Source: Chrysomallon squamiferum
Lineage: Eukaryota; Animalia; Mollusca
DNA: 64,000 nt
Assembly: GCA_012295275.1 (NCBI GenBank)
Contig: CM022672.1
Location: forward strand, 9,114,001-9,178,000
Direction of reading: 5' to 3'
Shown here: in pieces, positions 45,911-61,442 of the stretch
How the letters are laid out: each line of letters starts with the position of its first letter
How positions within the stretch are numbered: position 1 is the stretch's first letter
Notes under the pieces: model-generated
Seen by the model: only the letters and a program-made list of their open reading frames with translations
Database searches by the model: none
Told to the model about the DNA's origin: nothing
Made by a program: the position numbers and the translations under genes

Positions 45911-46457
45911 TATAATAAAAAGAAGAACAAATCTAAAGTTTGAAGAGGTTTGTATTGATTCAGAATTTCATATTAAAAATGTTTGCTATGATCTGTATGT
46001 GAAAAAATGAAGAAGAAATGAACAGTGTATTTAATATAATTTTAGTAAAAACGAATAATTTAATGAAAAGCATCAAAAAAGCTCCATAGTGAATGCAGAC
46101 TTAAAATGATATGTAAGTCTTCAAAATATATACTTATTTATAAAATTCAATAAATATTTTAATTTATATCAGTATATTATTATTAAAATAATGATCAGTC
46201 ATATGCATTTCAATTAATTATAAAAATAATTAGATTATCTTCTCTTTAAAGATTACTTAATGTAACGGAAGGTTTATAATCTCAATATTATTTATTTAAA
46301 AGAGAACAAATATGTATAGAAACGGTATCAGAAGTAAAAGACGAGTGACAGACATATAAAGGGACAGACAGAAATAAAAGAAAGACAGATAATAAGAGAA
46401 AGAGAGATAGACAATATAGAAAAAACTGAAATAAATAAATGAAGTAGATTAGGGAAT

Positions 46458-46508
<51 letters not shown>

Positions 46509-47331
46509 TAGGCAGAAACATTAATATACATATACAAAGACATGAAATAAAATATATTTGACGAGAAAGACAAAGAAACAGGATTTCTCAGCTGCACTAG
46601 AGAAAGAAAAGGAAAAACCGGACACCGAACTGTTTGAGCACAAACAACAAACAGAAATGTATTCCTCTCATGATCGCGTTTAACCCCTCACAAAAAGAGT
46701 TCAAAACTTCCTTCAAAAGTTTCATCTTCGCTTCATTTAGTTCGATGATGAATCTTTTCAGCGGAATTGCTGTTTAATTTGGCGATAAAATCCCTCTTCA
46801 ATGGAGGTGAATTACTTGGCATCTCACGAGCTAATAGAATGACCTTTTACAACTATTAGTTCCTTCTGTGGGTCCCTTTCGAATTAAACATCTCCAAGTG
46901 GTTTCCACAATGGAGTCCAAGACTCAATAAACACAAATGTTTTGACACCATAATATAAAAAGTGTTAGTTTCTTAACAGGTTTGGAACGGAGCGTGATGT
47001 ACTTCAGTGGCTGTGGCAGACGTTGTAGCTGTCGTAGGCAACAGGCTCGACTCTCAACGGCTGACAGTTGTCTCTATTCAAGTATAATCACTATTCTGTG
47101 TCTCGCTACTGGTTCATTAAAGCAATGACTTGGTATATTTAATGTCGTCTATAAAAGGTGTATTTATAAGTGATACTGGCTCTTAATAAAGAACAGTAGA
47201 AGGATTTCTCTATGAAATCGCTGTTTGTAACAAATGCTGTGACATTTAAGGGATATAATAATAAAATATCCTTAAGTATCTGTAAGTAAAAAATAAATAA
47301 CTGTCTGTTTTAGAATTTATTTTATACTGAG

Positions 47332-47390
<59 letters not shown>

Positions 47391-47769
47391 TTTACTATTT
47401 TTTTTAATTTAATGTTTGAATTTCTGTTTTATAGTTTTACTGGAATTAAGAAATATTTTTAATATAATAAGAGATTTGGAGATCTTTCTTAACGGCCTCT
47501 ACTCCTGACTGAAATGAAATACCAACAGCAAGAAAGGGAGAAAACAAGATAATGAAGAAAAAGAAGATAATAATAACAACAGACTAATAAAATAATCAGA
47601 CAAACAAACAAACATATATATATATTTGACAAAATTATACAAAATTATACAAGTCCTATTTATTTATTTATTTATTTATTTATTTATTCATTCATATATA
47701 TGGGTTTTATAATTTTGTCATATTTTCTCATCTTTATATATATATATATATTTAGAGAGAGAGAGAGAA

Positions 47770-47892
<123 letters not shown>

Positions 47893-48824
47893 TTTCTACG
47901 AATCTAACAGCATTAGCAGCAACTGCACCTGACTTAAGTTAGCCGTTTTAAGCAACATGTTTTTTTGTCATTTTGGAATTCGATAGTTGGATACAACACG
48001 TAAGCAAAACAAAACAAGCGTGTAGACGATTTAGCTTTAGGGAAATCATTTAGAGTAAGGCCGGCGAAATAAGAAAAAAAACAGCAAAAAATAAGGAAAA
48101 TAAAATAAATAAAAAAATGTTAAGCATCATGGAAATGCAATATGTTTATTTGCTCCTCCTGTATAATGGGCGTTTCAATTAAGTCATTCATTTCACTGCA
48201 AGCTTTCGGAAACCAAACCATCTCGGCTGTTTCGTTTCTGAACGAAATGCCAGGCACATATTTATGTAAACCAGGTGTTTGCTTTAGGCTGAGGGATTAA
48301 ATTAATTTTATATATGTTTATTGAAACTCTTAATATGTTTTCTTCCACTAACTCTGCACCCAGTTTTGTTTGATATATTACACGGAATAGGATTGTGTTG
48401 TAAAAGCTTTTTGTAATCATTTTCTTGTCACTGTCAGAGATACTCATCTATAAACTACTTTATACGAGTAAGAACGGGAATAAATCCAGAACAAATAGCA
48501 AGAATGAATGTTATAATAGCATGTGTTTTAGGGTTTTTAAATTTATTTATCGAATATAAAAAAAGAAAACGTAAATAGAATAGTTTTAAGACCTTGGAAG
48601 AAACGTCATGAATGAAACGCAAAGTGATTCGAAAAGATATGCTAATTGTAATTTGTTTATGTATAAATAAATAAGTAAGTAAACAAATAAACAAATCTAT
48701 TTGAAATTTAGAATCTATTGTAATTTCACGTAGAAGTAAAATGACATGATTATTTCTAATATTATAACATTTATTGTTGAAACCAGGCATTTGGTCAGGC
48801 TAACGTTCTGTCTGTGTGTGTGTG

Positions 48825-48910
<86 letters not shown>

Positions 48911-49547
48911 TGTGCATGTCTGCCTCTGTCTTCCTCTCTGACTGCTTTTTTTCACAATTTCCTTATCTTGCAACGTCTTTTTCTCTTATCTGTGTCTGTC
49001 TCTCTGTCTGTCTGTTTCTCTCTCTTTGTCTCTGTATCTGCCTCTCCATTTGTCCACCTCTCTTTTTCCGTGTCTGTCTTACATAACTTACTGCCTCGGT
49101 TATTTAAATGTCTTTATCGCACATCTTCCAAACATTTCTTCATTCACCAAGCATCCGCGTTATCAAAACGTTGTAAGTATACTGCAATGAGTTTACCTTC
49201 CAATTGCCTGACTAATTCCAGGAATGCGGAGGTCTGCATTGCTGACGGTAATGTCTCTGTCGCGATGACGATCCTTTCGACATTTAGAAAGTGCTGTTGC
49301 AAATCAAACCAGGCACTTACACTGATATTGCTTGCAAATGTGTGACCCGCCTTTTTCAGTGTGATCTGCAAGAGGTCCAGTAAAATGGTTTTATGGCTTC
49401 CATGTTGCACAAACTGCATTAGCCTGAGCATTATTCCTAAAGCTGTAGTAATTTCTGCCGTAGTATATTGTTTTGTGTTGGCATTTTGCTAGTTGAAAAC
49501 ATGTGTTCTTTGATTTGTAATGTCCATCAGTATTCAGTATCTTAATT

Positions 49548-49671
<124 letters not shown>

Positions 49672-49740
49672 CTAATTCCAAAAAAAAAAAAAATGAAAGA
49701 AACCAAAGAAACAAAAACACCCCCCAAAAAATAACCCCTC

Positions 49741-49773
<33 letters not shown>

Positions 49774-50737
49774 AAAAAAAAACAAAAATACGAAAAATCC
49801 AATAGATTTAAAGAAAAATACTTTCTTTTAATTATTATATAAAACTAATACTAAAAACTAATTTTATTCAGACGTAATCTGTTTTACGTAAACAGAGATG
49901 ACACAGCTGACAAAGCAATAATACAAATGTTCAACAAACATCTCATTCTTCCTTTAAAATTTCACATAATATATCACTTCCCTTTCCGGAACGAAATGTC
50001 ACTAATTAGTCCCAATAAAAGGGAAAAAATGTGACAAACATACTATTAAGAGTGGACCCTCTTCCCGTCCGCACTTCAGAAGGATTCGGGTTCCCATCTG
50101 TGATGTTTCCCGAGAGACCGTCAACCCATTTTGGAACAATCGTCCCCCACCCTTCCCGTAATTGTCTTCAAGATCTCTTCGCATTATCCGAGGATAGAGA
50201 CTTCGTGCGGCTCGCGTAGAAACAATGGCGTCAAGTTCTATTTTGACTGGTTCCTTTCAATTTGAAAATTTTGATTTCTTTCTCGCACAATGAAGCAATG
50301 AACGCGGGTTTAACGTTCTCGAAGCAGACGACGGGTACTGAAAGCGCGGACTGCTTATTAGCAGACGGCGATGATAGCTGGTGTCGCATCCCTTGTTATA
50401 AATCATAACAATTACTCGTCAATTATGGACGTTTTTTTTTTTTTTTTTTTTTTTTTTTAGTTCTAAATGCAAGGTTTGCTGGGAGAATTTTTAAAGTAAA
50501 ATGTAATGTCGATATGACAGTTGTCTTCAGCATTTAGAGAGAATGTACGTAGATCAACAACATGTTTAGTTCGTTAATGTTTTAAAGGATCATTGTAATT
50601 TACTTGTATTGTTTTATTTCAGAACATTTTTATTTTGCTTTCAGGCTAAAATTATTACTTTCTTTATGACTCTTTGAATTAACAACCAAATAAACTGTTA
50701 ATGTCTTTTATTTATTTAATTATTCATTATAAATACA

Positions 50738-50806
<69 letters not shown>

Positions 50807-51273
50807 GTTGTTGTTGTTGTTGATATATTTATTTAAATACTTTCTTTTTTTTTTTTTTCCTTTCAAACTAATTTTAATTTTACAGTTTATATATATTTAA
50901 ATATAAACCATGTTATTGTTAAATTTTATATTCCTTACTTTTGTATTTTCACATGAAATGTTCTGGCAAGATATTTACTTCCCAGCTTTTTAAATATATA
51001 TATTATTATTATTATTATTATTTTTAAAATTTATATTAAATTTTCAGTCTGTGCTAAGATACTTTATGAAATATTTACTGTAGCGTAATTTAATATTTTT
51101 ATTTTCAGACTTATTTTATTACTTATATCTAATTTCAGATAATCTCAGTAGAGCTGGACTGAAATATTATCTTTCATGTGAAAACTTATTTACATTAAAT
51201 ATTTTCTCTTCGATTTTCTTAAATGTAAATGCATATACACAATTATATATATTCTCATATCTATCTGTATACT

Positions 51274-51363
<90 letters not shown>

Positions 51364-52273
51364 ATATCTAGACATCCGTTTAAAAACTTTCATACACACA
51401 GGCAGACCGAACTAAACGAATTCATCTTAATTTTATTTTTGACATTTGCTATATTTACAAGTATTCACAAGAGTGTCTTTCAGTTACTTCCTCGACACTT
51501 TTTTTCTCAGTCGAAAGAGATAGAAACAATACTCAGTAATTCTTTATTCGTCATGAAACGATACCTTAGAATTTCTCACCTCCATCTGGCTTGGATTTTG
51601 ACGATATCGTTAGCGAGGAACAACTGAAAAATTCCGATAAACTGTGGCAATTTATCAAATGACTAGCAGTAACACGCGATCAAAGGAAACGTGCAAACAT
51701 TTATTCCATCCTCTTTTATATCTAATATGTTGCACGTGACTAACGGGATAACAAATCAAAGCCTCGTTTTGAACTTCTGACGAGAAAGATATCAAAGCGA
51801 ACGCGGCGGCGCACGGAAGACAAGCTTTCCAATGAAACTATTGTCATAAACCCATTGCCCCGATTCTGTGGAGACAATGTGGTTAATATTTTATAGTTTA
51901 CGCAGATCGGTGTTGGTTTTGTGAAGCCTGTTTCACATTTGACTTCAACTTAGCCAACTACGACTGCCTTTTCGCCACTAACGACAAGAACATTATGTGC
52001 TTTCCAATGCTTTTAACACTATTTGCCTTTCGTTTCCAAACTTCCCTTCGTAATGGATTGCCTGACCTCGCTAGGGTTAAACGCGACGCCATGCAGTCTT
52101 TGTGTGTTTGTCGCTTTTAGATTATTATTGTTGTTGTTGTTGTATGTTTGTGTGCGCGCGTGTTTATGTGTGTGCTCTGCTAACTGAACATAGAAGTAAT
52201 ACATTTTCTTTGAATATATTAAACGTCAAACAACATCAGTAACAATAATAATACTAATAGCAATCACAAATAC

Positions 52274-52330
<57 letters not shown>

Positions 52331-53149
52331 GATGACGATGATGAAAAAAAACCCCACCAAAACCCCGAATAATACATATAAATAACTGTTCACATAATAT
52401 GCATTCACACTTATAGACGACAAAATAAATAAATAAAACAGAAGAGGCATAAAAATAACAATATAACAATTTTGAAGCGCATTTTGAAAATTTATATTTT
52501 ATTTTATAATACAAATCGTGGATTTGTTTGTTTTTAAATGTTTACGTTAAAGTACTTGCAGACGCCATGCAATTCGACAGAGTCTTTAATCAATAAAATA
52601 TTGCTAAACTGCACACTTTGAAAGTTTTTCAAGAGCTGGAATCTTAATAGACGTATTCCAGCATTTACCTTAATTTAGAGAAATAATGTATATTTGAAAA
52701 TGTCAAACCGCAGTTTATTATTTATATATAAAAAACCAAGGATCACGAAAACGCTTATAGTTATGTTGAGAACTTACATTTATTGTTCACACATGTCTAA
52801 ACATTTTCAGATTTTTTAAAAACTTTTTTCTAATAACATTCATGAAATTTTGTTTAAAACAGTGTTCAGTACGGAACAACAGATCATTCGGCTTGATAGA
52901 TGCTGTGATCAAATCCCGACACATGCCTTTTCTAGTAAATAATATTATAAGGACTTTTCTAACTCCCTGAAATTAGCATTCTGTTTAGGGAGACAACTCA
53001 TGATTGTAAATGGTTTATAAAATCTACTTATCCTCACAAAGCTTGAATCCTATTTTGAAATTAAAAATAAAAATATATATATATATATATATATTTTTAC
53101 AACGCATTCAAAACATTTAAAATCTACTTATCGTCATAAATAAATTATG

Positions 53150-53380
53150 GATAAAGCGAGAGCAATGATGCAATAGACATTCCGTTTTCTTTTCAATTAC
53201 CAGCAAAGAATCTTTTAGATGGATCTTTCCAGGAAGAGAAGATAACTTGATCAGGCATTCTTAAGAGACTGAGCTGGATCGGGCGATAGTACAGAATACA
53301 AACTGGTGAGTACTGATCCTAGGACAAGTCTCGTTTCGCGACATTCATTTACATTTGAACTTCCACCTACTACGCCGTCT
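53150..53380 (-). mobile_element. Decayed tRNA-derived SINE copy (MetaSINE-like)
   Basis: Minus-strand core GGAAAGATCCATCTAAAAGATTCTTTGCTGG (53230-53200) is similar to the 28.1-28.8 kb copies, preceded by a degenerate B-box-like AGGATCAGTAC near 53311-53321. Confidence 0.45.
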
Positions 53381-53587
53381 TCTCTATCAGTCTATTTTAT
53401 ATACACAGCAACAAATTAATTTTATAATTAAAATAATAATAATAATTAAAAAAAAAGATATAATAATAATAGTTCAAATAAATGAATGAAAAAAAATAAT
53501 ACAAAATATATATATAAAAAAAAGAATGAGAGAAAAGAAGATGAAAAGAAAAAAGGAAGGAAAAAAGAAAAGAAAGAGATTTTCAAA

Positions 53588-53631
<44 letters not shown>

Positions 53632-54079
53632 TAACAATAATCAGAGAAATATATAGGAAGAACACAAAGTCAGTGATAGATTATTAAAAAACAAATCGAT
53701 TGTTAGAGAAAAAAAAAATAAAAATAGAGAAAAGCCAAGTGCATCTGCACCTAAGAATGAATGTTTGATCGAAGGCAAGAGCAATAAGTATCTTCGGTGT
53801 AGGAGCATAGCCACCGCGACAACAAACACAACAATCACACCAACCACAACAACAATCTGGATAATGATGATGATGATGACGACTAAAATGAAAGTTGTAA
53901 CAGTTCTAGATTGGCAGATTAGTAAGATTAAATGAAATAGTAATGGTTTAGCATTAGTAGTAGCAGTAGGTGTAATAATTGCAGTAATAGTAGTCGTAGT
54001 AGTTGTTGTAGTAATGACGTAGTTACAATAGCTGTAACAGTATGAGGAGCATCAGCACAAACAACAGTTTATTTGTAGT

Positions 54080-54360
54080 CAGGACCGGTTGAAGTACTGG
54101 TAACTTGGACATAGCCCGGGGGTGCCACATGCTACACGGAGCCAACTCATGTACGTGAGATCTTAAAGGGGAAAATGTTAAAATAATAAATAAAATTAAA
54201 AAATGTAAATATTCCTTGAGTTGAGTAAAACTGTCGAAAAGCTGATTATTAATGTTTTAGTATCAAACTGTGAAAAAGATGTGACAAAACAAATTTCCAT
54301 TACTTAAGATGCTGTGATATAAAAATGCCCGGGTCTCTAAAAGTCCGAGGACCGGGTTTG
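54080..54360. mobile_element. Possible degenerate MITE
   Basis: GC-rich ends around an AT-rich core. Weak TIR CAGGACCGGT vs revcomp CAAACCCGGT; GCCCGGG lies subterminally at both ends (54114-54120, 54327-54333). No clear TSD. Confidence 0.25.
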
Positions 54361-56071
54361 ATTGTTTAAAAAAAATAGTAATAGTAGTATTAGTGTTATT
54401 TGTATCAGCTGTGGGAACGTAATAGTAATGGTTTCGACGAGAGAAGAAATGATAGTAGTAATGTTAATATTATTATGGTAGTGGCAGTAATAATAATATC
54501 AAAATCAAAAGGACTAGTTTTAGTTATAGCAGTTTTATTTGTATTAATATTATTACTTTAATAGAAGTAGTTGTACTAGTTAGTAGTAGTAATAACAGTA
54601 GTAGTAGCAGCAACAATAGTAGTAGTAGCAGTAGCAGAACTTGTAGTAGCTGATGCATTTAGTACCAGTACTTGCTGCTGTAAAAATAATTACAACAACA
54701 GCAGTATCAGCAGTAGCAGAACTACTAGCAGTAATAACTGAAGTATCTATGCTGTAAAGAAAAACAACAGGACCACCATTATGACATTATATCCCTACCA
54801 GTCGTGTAGGAATGTCAACATTTTTGTTGAAAAAGAACTTCAGAAATGTTTGTAGAGTATTATTTCACTTTCCTATGGATTCATGTTAGACTATTCATTG
54901 AGGTCGTCGTGTTGGGAAGTTGAGAAAAAAAAAAAAACCCTGGTAAAATATCTTCAGTTGCGAAGACAAAACAATGATCAATCATTACTCTGATGACATG
55001 ACAAATTATGTTTGTGCAACATGACATGGCGAAACGAACATGAATCGCGCCGTTGCGAGGAAAGAGAAAAGTAAGCGAAAATGTTAAAAGCTTAGACAAG
55101 TCGAATCCACGTCGTTTCGTGTGCAGACAAAATGTTGTGTTGTACATGATGCGTGGCGTGTTTAAATCTGTTAGCCAGATGACGCGTTTTTGCTCCTCTT
55201 TCCGAAGACGTGTAGATTCCGGTTAAAGGTCTTTCTTTACTGGTTGATTTTAATTAACGATCTTTTTTTTTTTTTTCTTTTTTTTTTTTAAAAGAATTGT
55301 GTTTGTTTTATGAGTTATGGTTTGAGATGTTGGACAGTGGTGTTAATTCTAATGACTGTAAAGTTTTTTTTTTAATTTTTATTTTTTTAATTTTTTTTTT
55401 TTTTTTTAAATTACTAACTCGTTGTCTTTTTTAAGGTTCGGTTTCTTCTGATGTTCATAAGTGATGTGCCTGAATTATGTGATTCATTATTGCAGGATAT
55501 CTTCTAACGAAACGTAAACAAAGTATGAGCATGTCATTTTTCCAACTAATTTCTTCTTAAATAAATAAATAAATAAATAAATCACCAACAATAATAATAA
55601 CAGAAATAACAACAACAGCAGCAATAACAACAATAATAACACATACAAACACACACACATCCACACTATCAAAAACAAAAAATTTCATCTTGAATATTAA
55701 ACAGACTATTAATTATTTATTATCTCTTCCTTTTTCTAAAAAATCAAAACATTCGAATGTGAGAAAACTCGACTAATGCAATGAAACGTTATTTTCAGGA
55801 CAATTGTTTTAACCAGCCTTTATTTTTGAATTATGTATAAATTTTAAAGTTTAAATAAATACATAATATCTTTTTCAAGAAAAAGGATATGTTAAGTCGA
55901 AAATTAATCAATTACTAATATTTTGCTCTGTCTTTCTTTAAGTATTTTTTTTTGTTATTTTTAATTATATTTTTTATTTTATTTTATTTTATTTTATTTT
56001 ATTTATATATATATATATATATATTTTTTTTAGCGTGTATGTATTTCTTATTTTTATGTAAAAAAACAACA

Positions 56072-56106
<35 letters not shown>

Positions 56107-56484
56107 AATAGTAATAAAGAATATTAAATAAAATAAAATAAGAATAAAATAAACAGAATAAATAGAATAAATAAAATGAAAAATATAAATAAATGTAAAC
56201 AGACATTTTAATGTAAAAGCAAGTTTACAAAGAACACTGGAATGTTGCCAATGTTTATTTAGTTACAAATGTTCCAATAAATAACTTCTAGTTATAACTT
56301 AGAAAAGACAGTTATGATATACCTTAGTAACCAGAAAAAAACCCCACATAAACAATTTAAGAAATTAATGTTGTCTTTTTGTGATTAAGTTTAAAATCAA
56401 CAATTCTAGTATTGTTATTTATTTATTTATTTAGTTATTCATACTAGTTCCTTAATCGAGGAATTTATTACAAAGATTTAATAT

Positions 56485-56522
<38 letters not shown>

Positions 56523-56936
56523 ACCCTAAACAAAAAAACAAACAATTAAAAAGATCACATTAAATAAATACCAGCAAATATCTTTATTCCGGAATACAGA
56601 TTTAAAATAATAATAACAATACCAATAATATGCTTGCACGCATGTGTTCACACAAATTCTTTATTCCGAAAGATTTACTTATATTTTATTAAAAAAGGTT
56701 TTAAGTTATAAAATTTTAACACTAACGTTTTAAAATCGAGAATTTTAATAATTATTATTTAAAAAAAAAAAAAAAAACATCATTTATTTTAATATGTTAA
56801 TTCAAAGTAAAATAAAATAATCTTTATTTCTTATATTTTTCTTTTACTTCAGTTAACAATATTTAATTAAACGAAAACAAATAATAATAATAACAATAAC
56901 AATAACAATAACAATAACAATAACAATAACAATAAC

Positions 56937-56968
<32 letters not shown>

Positions 56969-59475
56969 TTATTAAAATTTAAAAATTTGAAGGGAATGTC
57001 TAATGACTGCAAGCCGTTGTGTTTGTTCAAATAACGCCAACAAAAATGACAAAGTCTGGGAACCGTTTATCGAAAAACATGCACGTCACGGACTGAAAAG
57101 AGAAAGAAAGATAAAGGAAAAAAAGAAAAAAAGAAGCAATAATCACCGTGTTTCCTTCGACAAGAAGGAGACAACATCCCAAGCTATTCACTGCGTTCAA
57201 TACCGATTAGCGTGTACTTCAGTGCCAATTTCCACGCATTTTCTGACTGGCGGATAAAGTCATCTATTAAATCAATTGAAACGTAGATGAGCGGATAACG
57301 AGGTATATTAGAAGTGAACGGTTCCTTGCAGCCATCAACTTGCCAGCTATTTAGAATGGCCGGGGCTAAATGGGAAGCTTCGGAATTTTACTTTGTCGAA
57401 AGGGGAATAGAATTGAAGTGTTGTTAAGCAAATGAGGGGTCATAACTCTTCGTCTTCTCGTTACAATTGGCTATAAAATCATGGTGGAAGGATCGCAAAG
57501 ACAATCAATGGCAAATTGCTTCAGAATGAGCACCACAAAATTGATTGCTGTAACCCCAATTACGATGTTTCGATCTATTCGCAGGCAATAATGGGATTTC
57601 TATTGAAGCTAAGCACTGTGTCTGGGAACCATTCGCCACTTAAACCCCAGCCCGGCTCTTGCGTCAACAGAGTCAGTGAGGAGGACTCGTCCATTTCGGT
57701 CTGGCTGTGTGTTTATCACTCGCTGAATTATCATCATTAACCTGCCCCGGCGTTGAGAGACGTTAAAACGAACAAGTGTATGAGACATGATGTTTCAGAT
57801 GGAGGCACTGAAGATTCCAGCAGAGCTACGTCCATTAAATTTAGTGTTTCAAACAAACACGTGAATCTAGAACGCAGTCTTCCCATCCTTCTTCAACCAG
57901 CAACATAGCTAGAGTCCATTAAGTTAGTCTTTCAAACATGCACAGTCTGTGATGCAAACATAGGTTACTCTACAGCGTAGAGCTTTGGAATAGTGCTCGA
58001 ACCACACACACATTTATTCATAATCGTTTCATCTATTTGTAATATAATTATGATTTGCAGTTTTAGAAATTATATAGTGATATGGGAGAAGTAAATACTG
58101 TTGTACGTATCTTCTGATAAAAATAACATAAAGGCTTTAGAAATATGACTACTGAAGACAAAATATTAATTTTCAAAGTATCATTAGTATTTACAATTTA
58201 TTTTATATTGTTTAAATCTGCCATAAAACTATATATTTAAACTATTGTTGTTGTGGTTGTTATGGCTGTGCTGTGAATATTGTTCTGCTCTTGTAACATA
58301 TTATATATCTGTGTGTGTGTGTTACCTGTGTGTTTAACCTGTGTGCGATCGACATATGTTGACATAATATATCTGTATGCAATCATTAGCAATAATTTCA
58401 TCTGATAGATCGTAATTTCTGCTGTTCTCGAATCCCTTGACGATCGTTGTCTGTATCCACCCAGCTGTTTTTTTCTAAATTCATCCAGGTGTCCCTGGCC
58501 CAAATGTAAAACGGCTGCAATAATTCTTCCTGCGTCTATCCTCTGCAACAATGGCCTAATTACAACAAGTCTTCTACGTTTGTTTTCACGTGCAAAATGT
58601 CAGAGCATTGCGCAAATACCGTTAACCATTGTTTGTCTTCTGAAACAATATAATAACGTCATGACGTTTTTGTCGGCCTCTTAGCATTTGTTTTACATCA
58701 CTTTAGATATCCAATATGGTAATTTGAAAGTCATTTTCCTGCCTTTGTTGGCAAAGGAAACAATGGATGAACATCCAGAAACATATTACTTATATTTCAG
58801 AGCACTTGAAAAAATATTCAAGGCTCTAAACTGATGCGGTGCGCGGCGCATATTAGGAGGGATGTAAGTTTGTTTGTTTAAACAGGCAAGATTTGGAATG
58901 CCTACGGAAGTCAAGTGTTAAATGGCAAGGGATCGACGGAATCAAGAACAAAAAAGACAATATACGAGCGGGCATCTAAGCTGAAAAATACGATAGGATT
59001 GTTTAATGTGTTTCCGATGGAGATTTGATTTCAGTCGTACATTTTCTCCAGTTTCAAAATAAAAATATGGCTTTAATGGCATTGCGGTCTGAACGAAGAA
59101 TGGATATGTAGATTATTTTTAACTAAACACATGTATGGAAATAAAAAGAGGTTCAGATATGCAATAACTATGTATATAAACAAATACATGTATTATTCTT
59201 ATATTGTTAAATACAGAAAAATGCGCACACATAGATACACCAGTGCACGTCAAATTGCAACGTTGAATATATATAAATGTGTGTGTGTGTGTGTGCGTGA
59301 AAATGTATGTATGTATGTATGTATGTATGTATGTATGTATTACTATAATATTCTCATTTATTTTCAAGTATCATTTTCATCATCTTTGAAAACTGTTTTA
59401 ATTACTGAATATTTTATTTCATATAGAACCAAGATAGTTTATTTTCTGTATTAAGTTTTATATATATATTACTAA

Positions 59476-59535
<60 letters not shown>

Positions 59536-61404
59536 TAAATACTGGCTGCCTTGAGAAAAACTGTTGGCTCAAAACCCCGATCTGTTTACTGCATATTGCT
59601 TCGCACTAATTTTGAGACATGCTTCATTGCTTAGTATATTGCACCTGTTGGTGAAGATTGTTATCTTTCCTTTGGGTGCTTTAATGATTGTCAAATAGTC
59701 TGACACTTGCTCCGCTCTTAGTTAGCAATTACCGAAATTATAACCCTCGTTATGGTGCATCCCTACATGTAAACAGCAATGATGCGGATCTTGACGCCGA
59801 TTCGGTTGACTGAACTTCATGCATTCACCTGTTGCTTTCATTCCGCGTGAATCTGTAACGTGCAGATTCTGTGGGAAATTTGAGGAATTGGCTCATTTGA
59901 TAATTTTTCTGAGAGAGGAAAAAATATAATGTTAAAAGAATAAAAAAAATATGGAGTAAAAACTACTGGCTTTGGACATTAAATTTAATAAAGGAGAAAG
60001 AAGAGAAATGAGAAATTCAGAAAGATTAAAAAAAAAAAATGAATGAATGAATGTGCATAAAGGCTAGTGTGTGTTTTTTATAGGATACTGAAGTAAAAAC
60101 TCTTAACTGTGGATAAATAGTAAACAAGAACGAAACAAATAAAAAACGATAAGAATAACAACAACAACAACAACAACAATAAATAAAAGTAAAAATAAAA
60201 AATGTAAACGAAATGAAAGAATGAATGAACAAATAAATGCTTGTCTAGGTTTATGTCTGTATACGACATTTAACATTAATGAGATTTAATGTTTAAATTT
60301 TCAGATTATATAGACATTTTATCTTTAATTGTCTCTGGCTAATTTTCTCTAACACACATCTCGAATGTAAGTGTAAAATCTTGGTCTCGGAATGTCTTCA
60401 TAATAGATTACGCTTTTTTTCCCCGCATTAAAACCAGATTTCTTTTGTAAGAAGAGAGGTCTATCGCATATTTCAGTCTTGTCTTCTGATGGTCTTTCCA
60501 CAAAAACTTGAAAATATATTAAAAAATATATATATATACATTTGTGAGACTTGTACGGCAAAATGATGTAAAGCTGAATCAATTAAACGTTGTTTTGCTC
60601 ACACATCACACGCAAACGGTCGACTATCATAACAACAATTATTTGACACTCTGCTTTTATTTGCTACATTGCAAATATGTAAGCATATTTTTCAAAAGGC
60701 AGCATTGGTTTCTCAAAGGTATTTCCGCTCTGACGTTAATGTGTGATTTGTACAAAATGCGGAGAGAGAAAAAAAATGAACACATTTCACGCATCAATGC
60801 TTGCAAATCATCTTCCATCAAAACTAATTGGCAATGTGAGCATGATAGCTTTTTTTCCCCCTTCCAGCGAAACATGTGTACAGAAAGCGAAGAATCTGCT
60901 TTCATCCAACGAGCCTCGTTCAATACCTGCTCAGTTAACGTTGTCCCCCTTTGTTAAAAAAAACAAGTAAAGTAATAACAATGATTCCGTGTTAACGGTC
61001 ACGCGTTCAAGAATTATGAGTCGGCCCTACCGTTTTGTAATGTCATACAACTATTTTGCGAGAGCGACCGGACATTTGTAAAATGTATATTTTGTAACCA
61101 TATACGTTAGTTCATTTCGTACAGTTTATTTCATGGGAGTCTATACTGCCACCTCTTGCGAAGTTAAAAATGTGGCATTAATATTCAAACTGGTTTATTT
61201 TTTTGTTTTTATAAATGGTAGCGTTATGTCTTGTAATGAAAGTAGTGGAGCATCAGTAGTTGTAGTAGTTGTAAGACTACCAGTAGTAGTTGTGATAATA
61301 GTAGAAACGCTATTAATAATAGTAACTGATGTTTTTATTGTAAAAGTAACAAATATTGATGTAAATGCATTCACTAGCTGTAATAGTAGTAGTGGTAGAA
61401 GTAA

Positions 61405-61442
<38 letters not shown>

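Noticed and set aside
50202-50218. Resemblance to the 3' part of miR-375 (TTCGTGCGGCTCGCGT)
   Set aside because: The seed region is absent and there is no complementary hairpin arm upstream.
58884-58903. Resemblance to miR-31 (AGGCAAGATTTGGAATGCCT)
   Set aside because: Indel and mismatches relative to the mature sequence, and no star arm in the flanks.
59841-59877. Small stem-loop GAATCTGTA-ACG-TGCAGATTC
   Set aside because: About 37 nt with several G-U pairs; too short for a pre-miRNA and compatible with chance.
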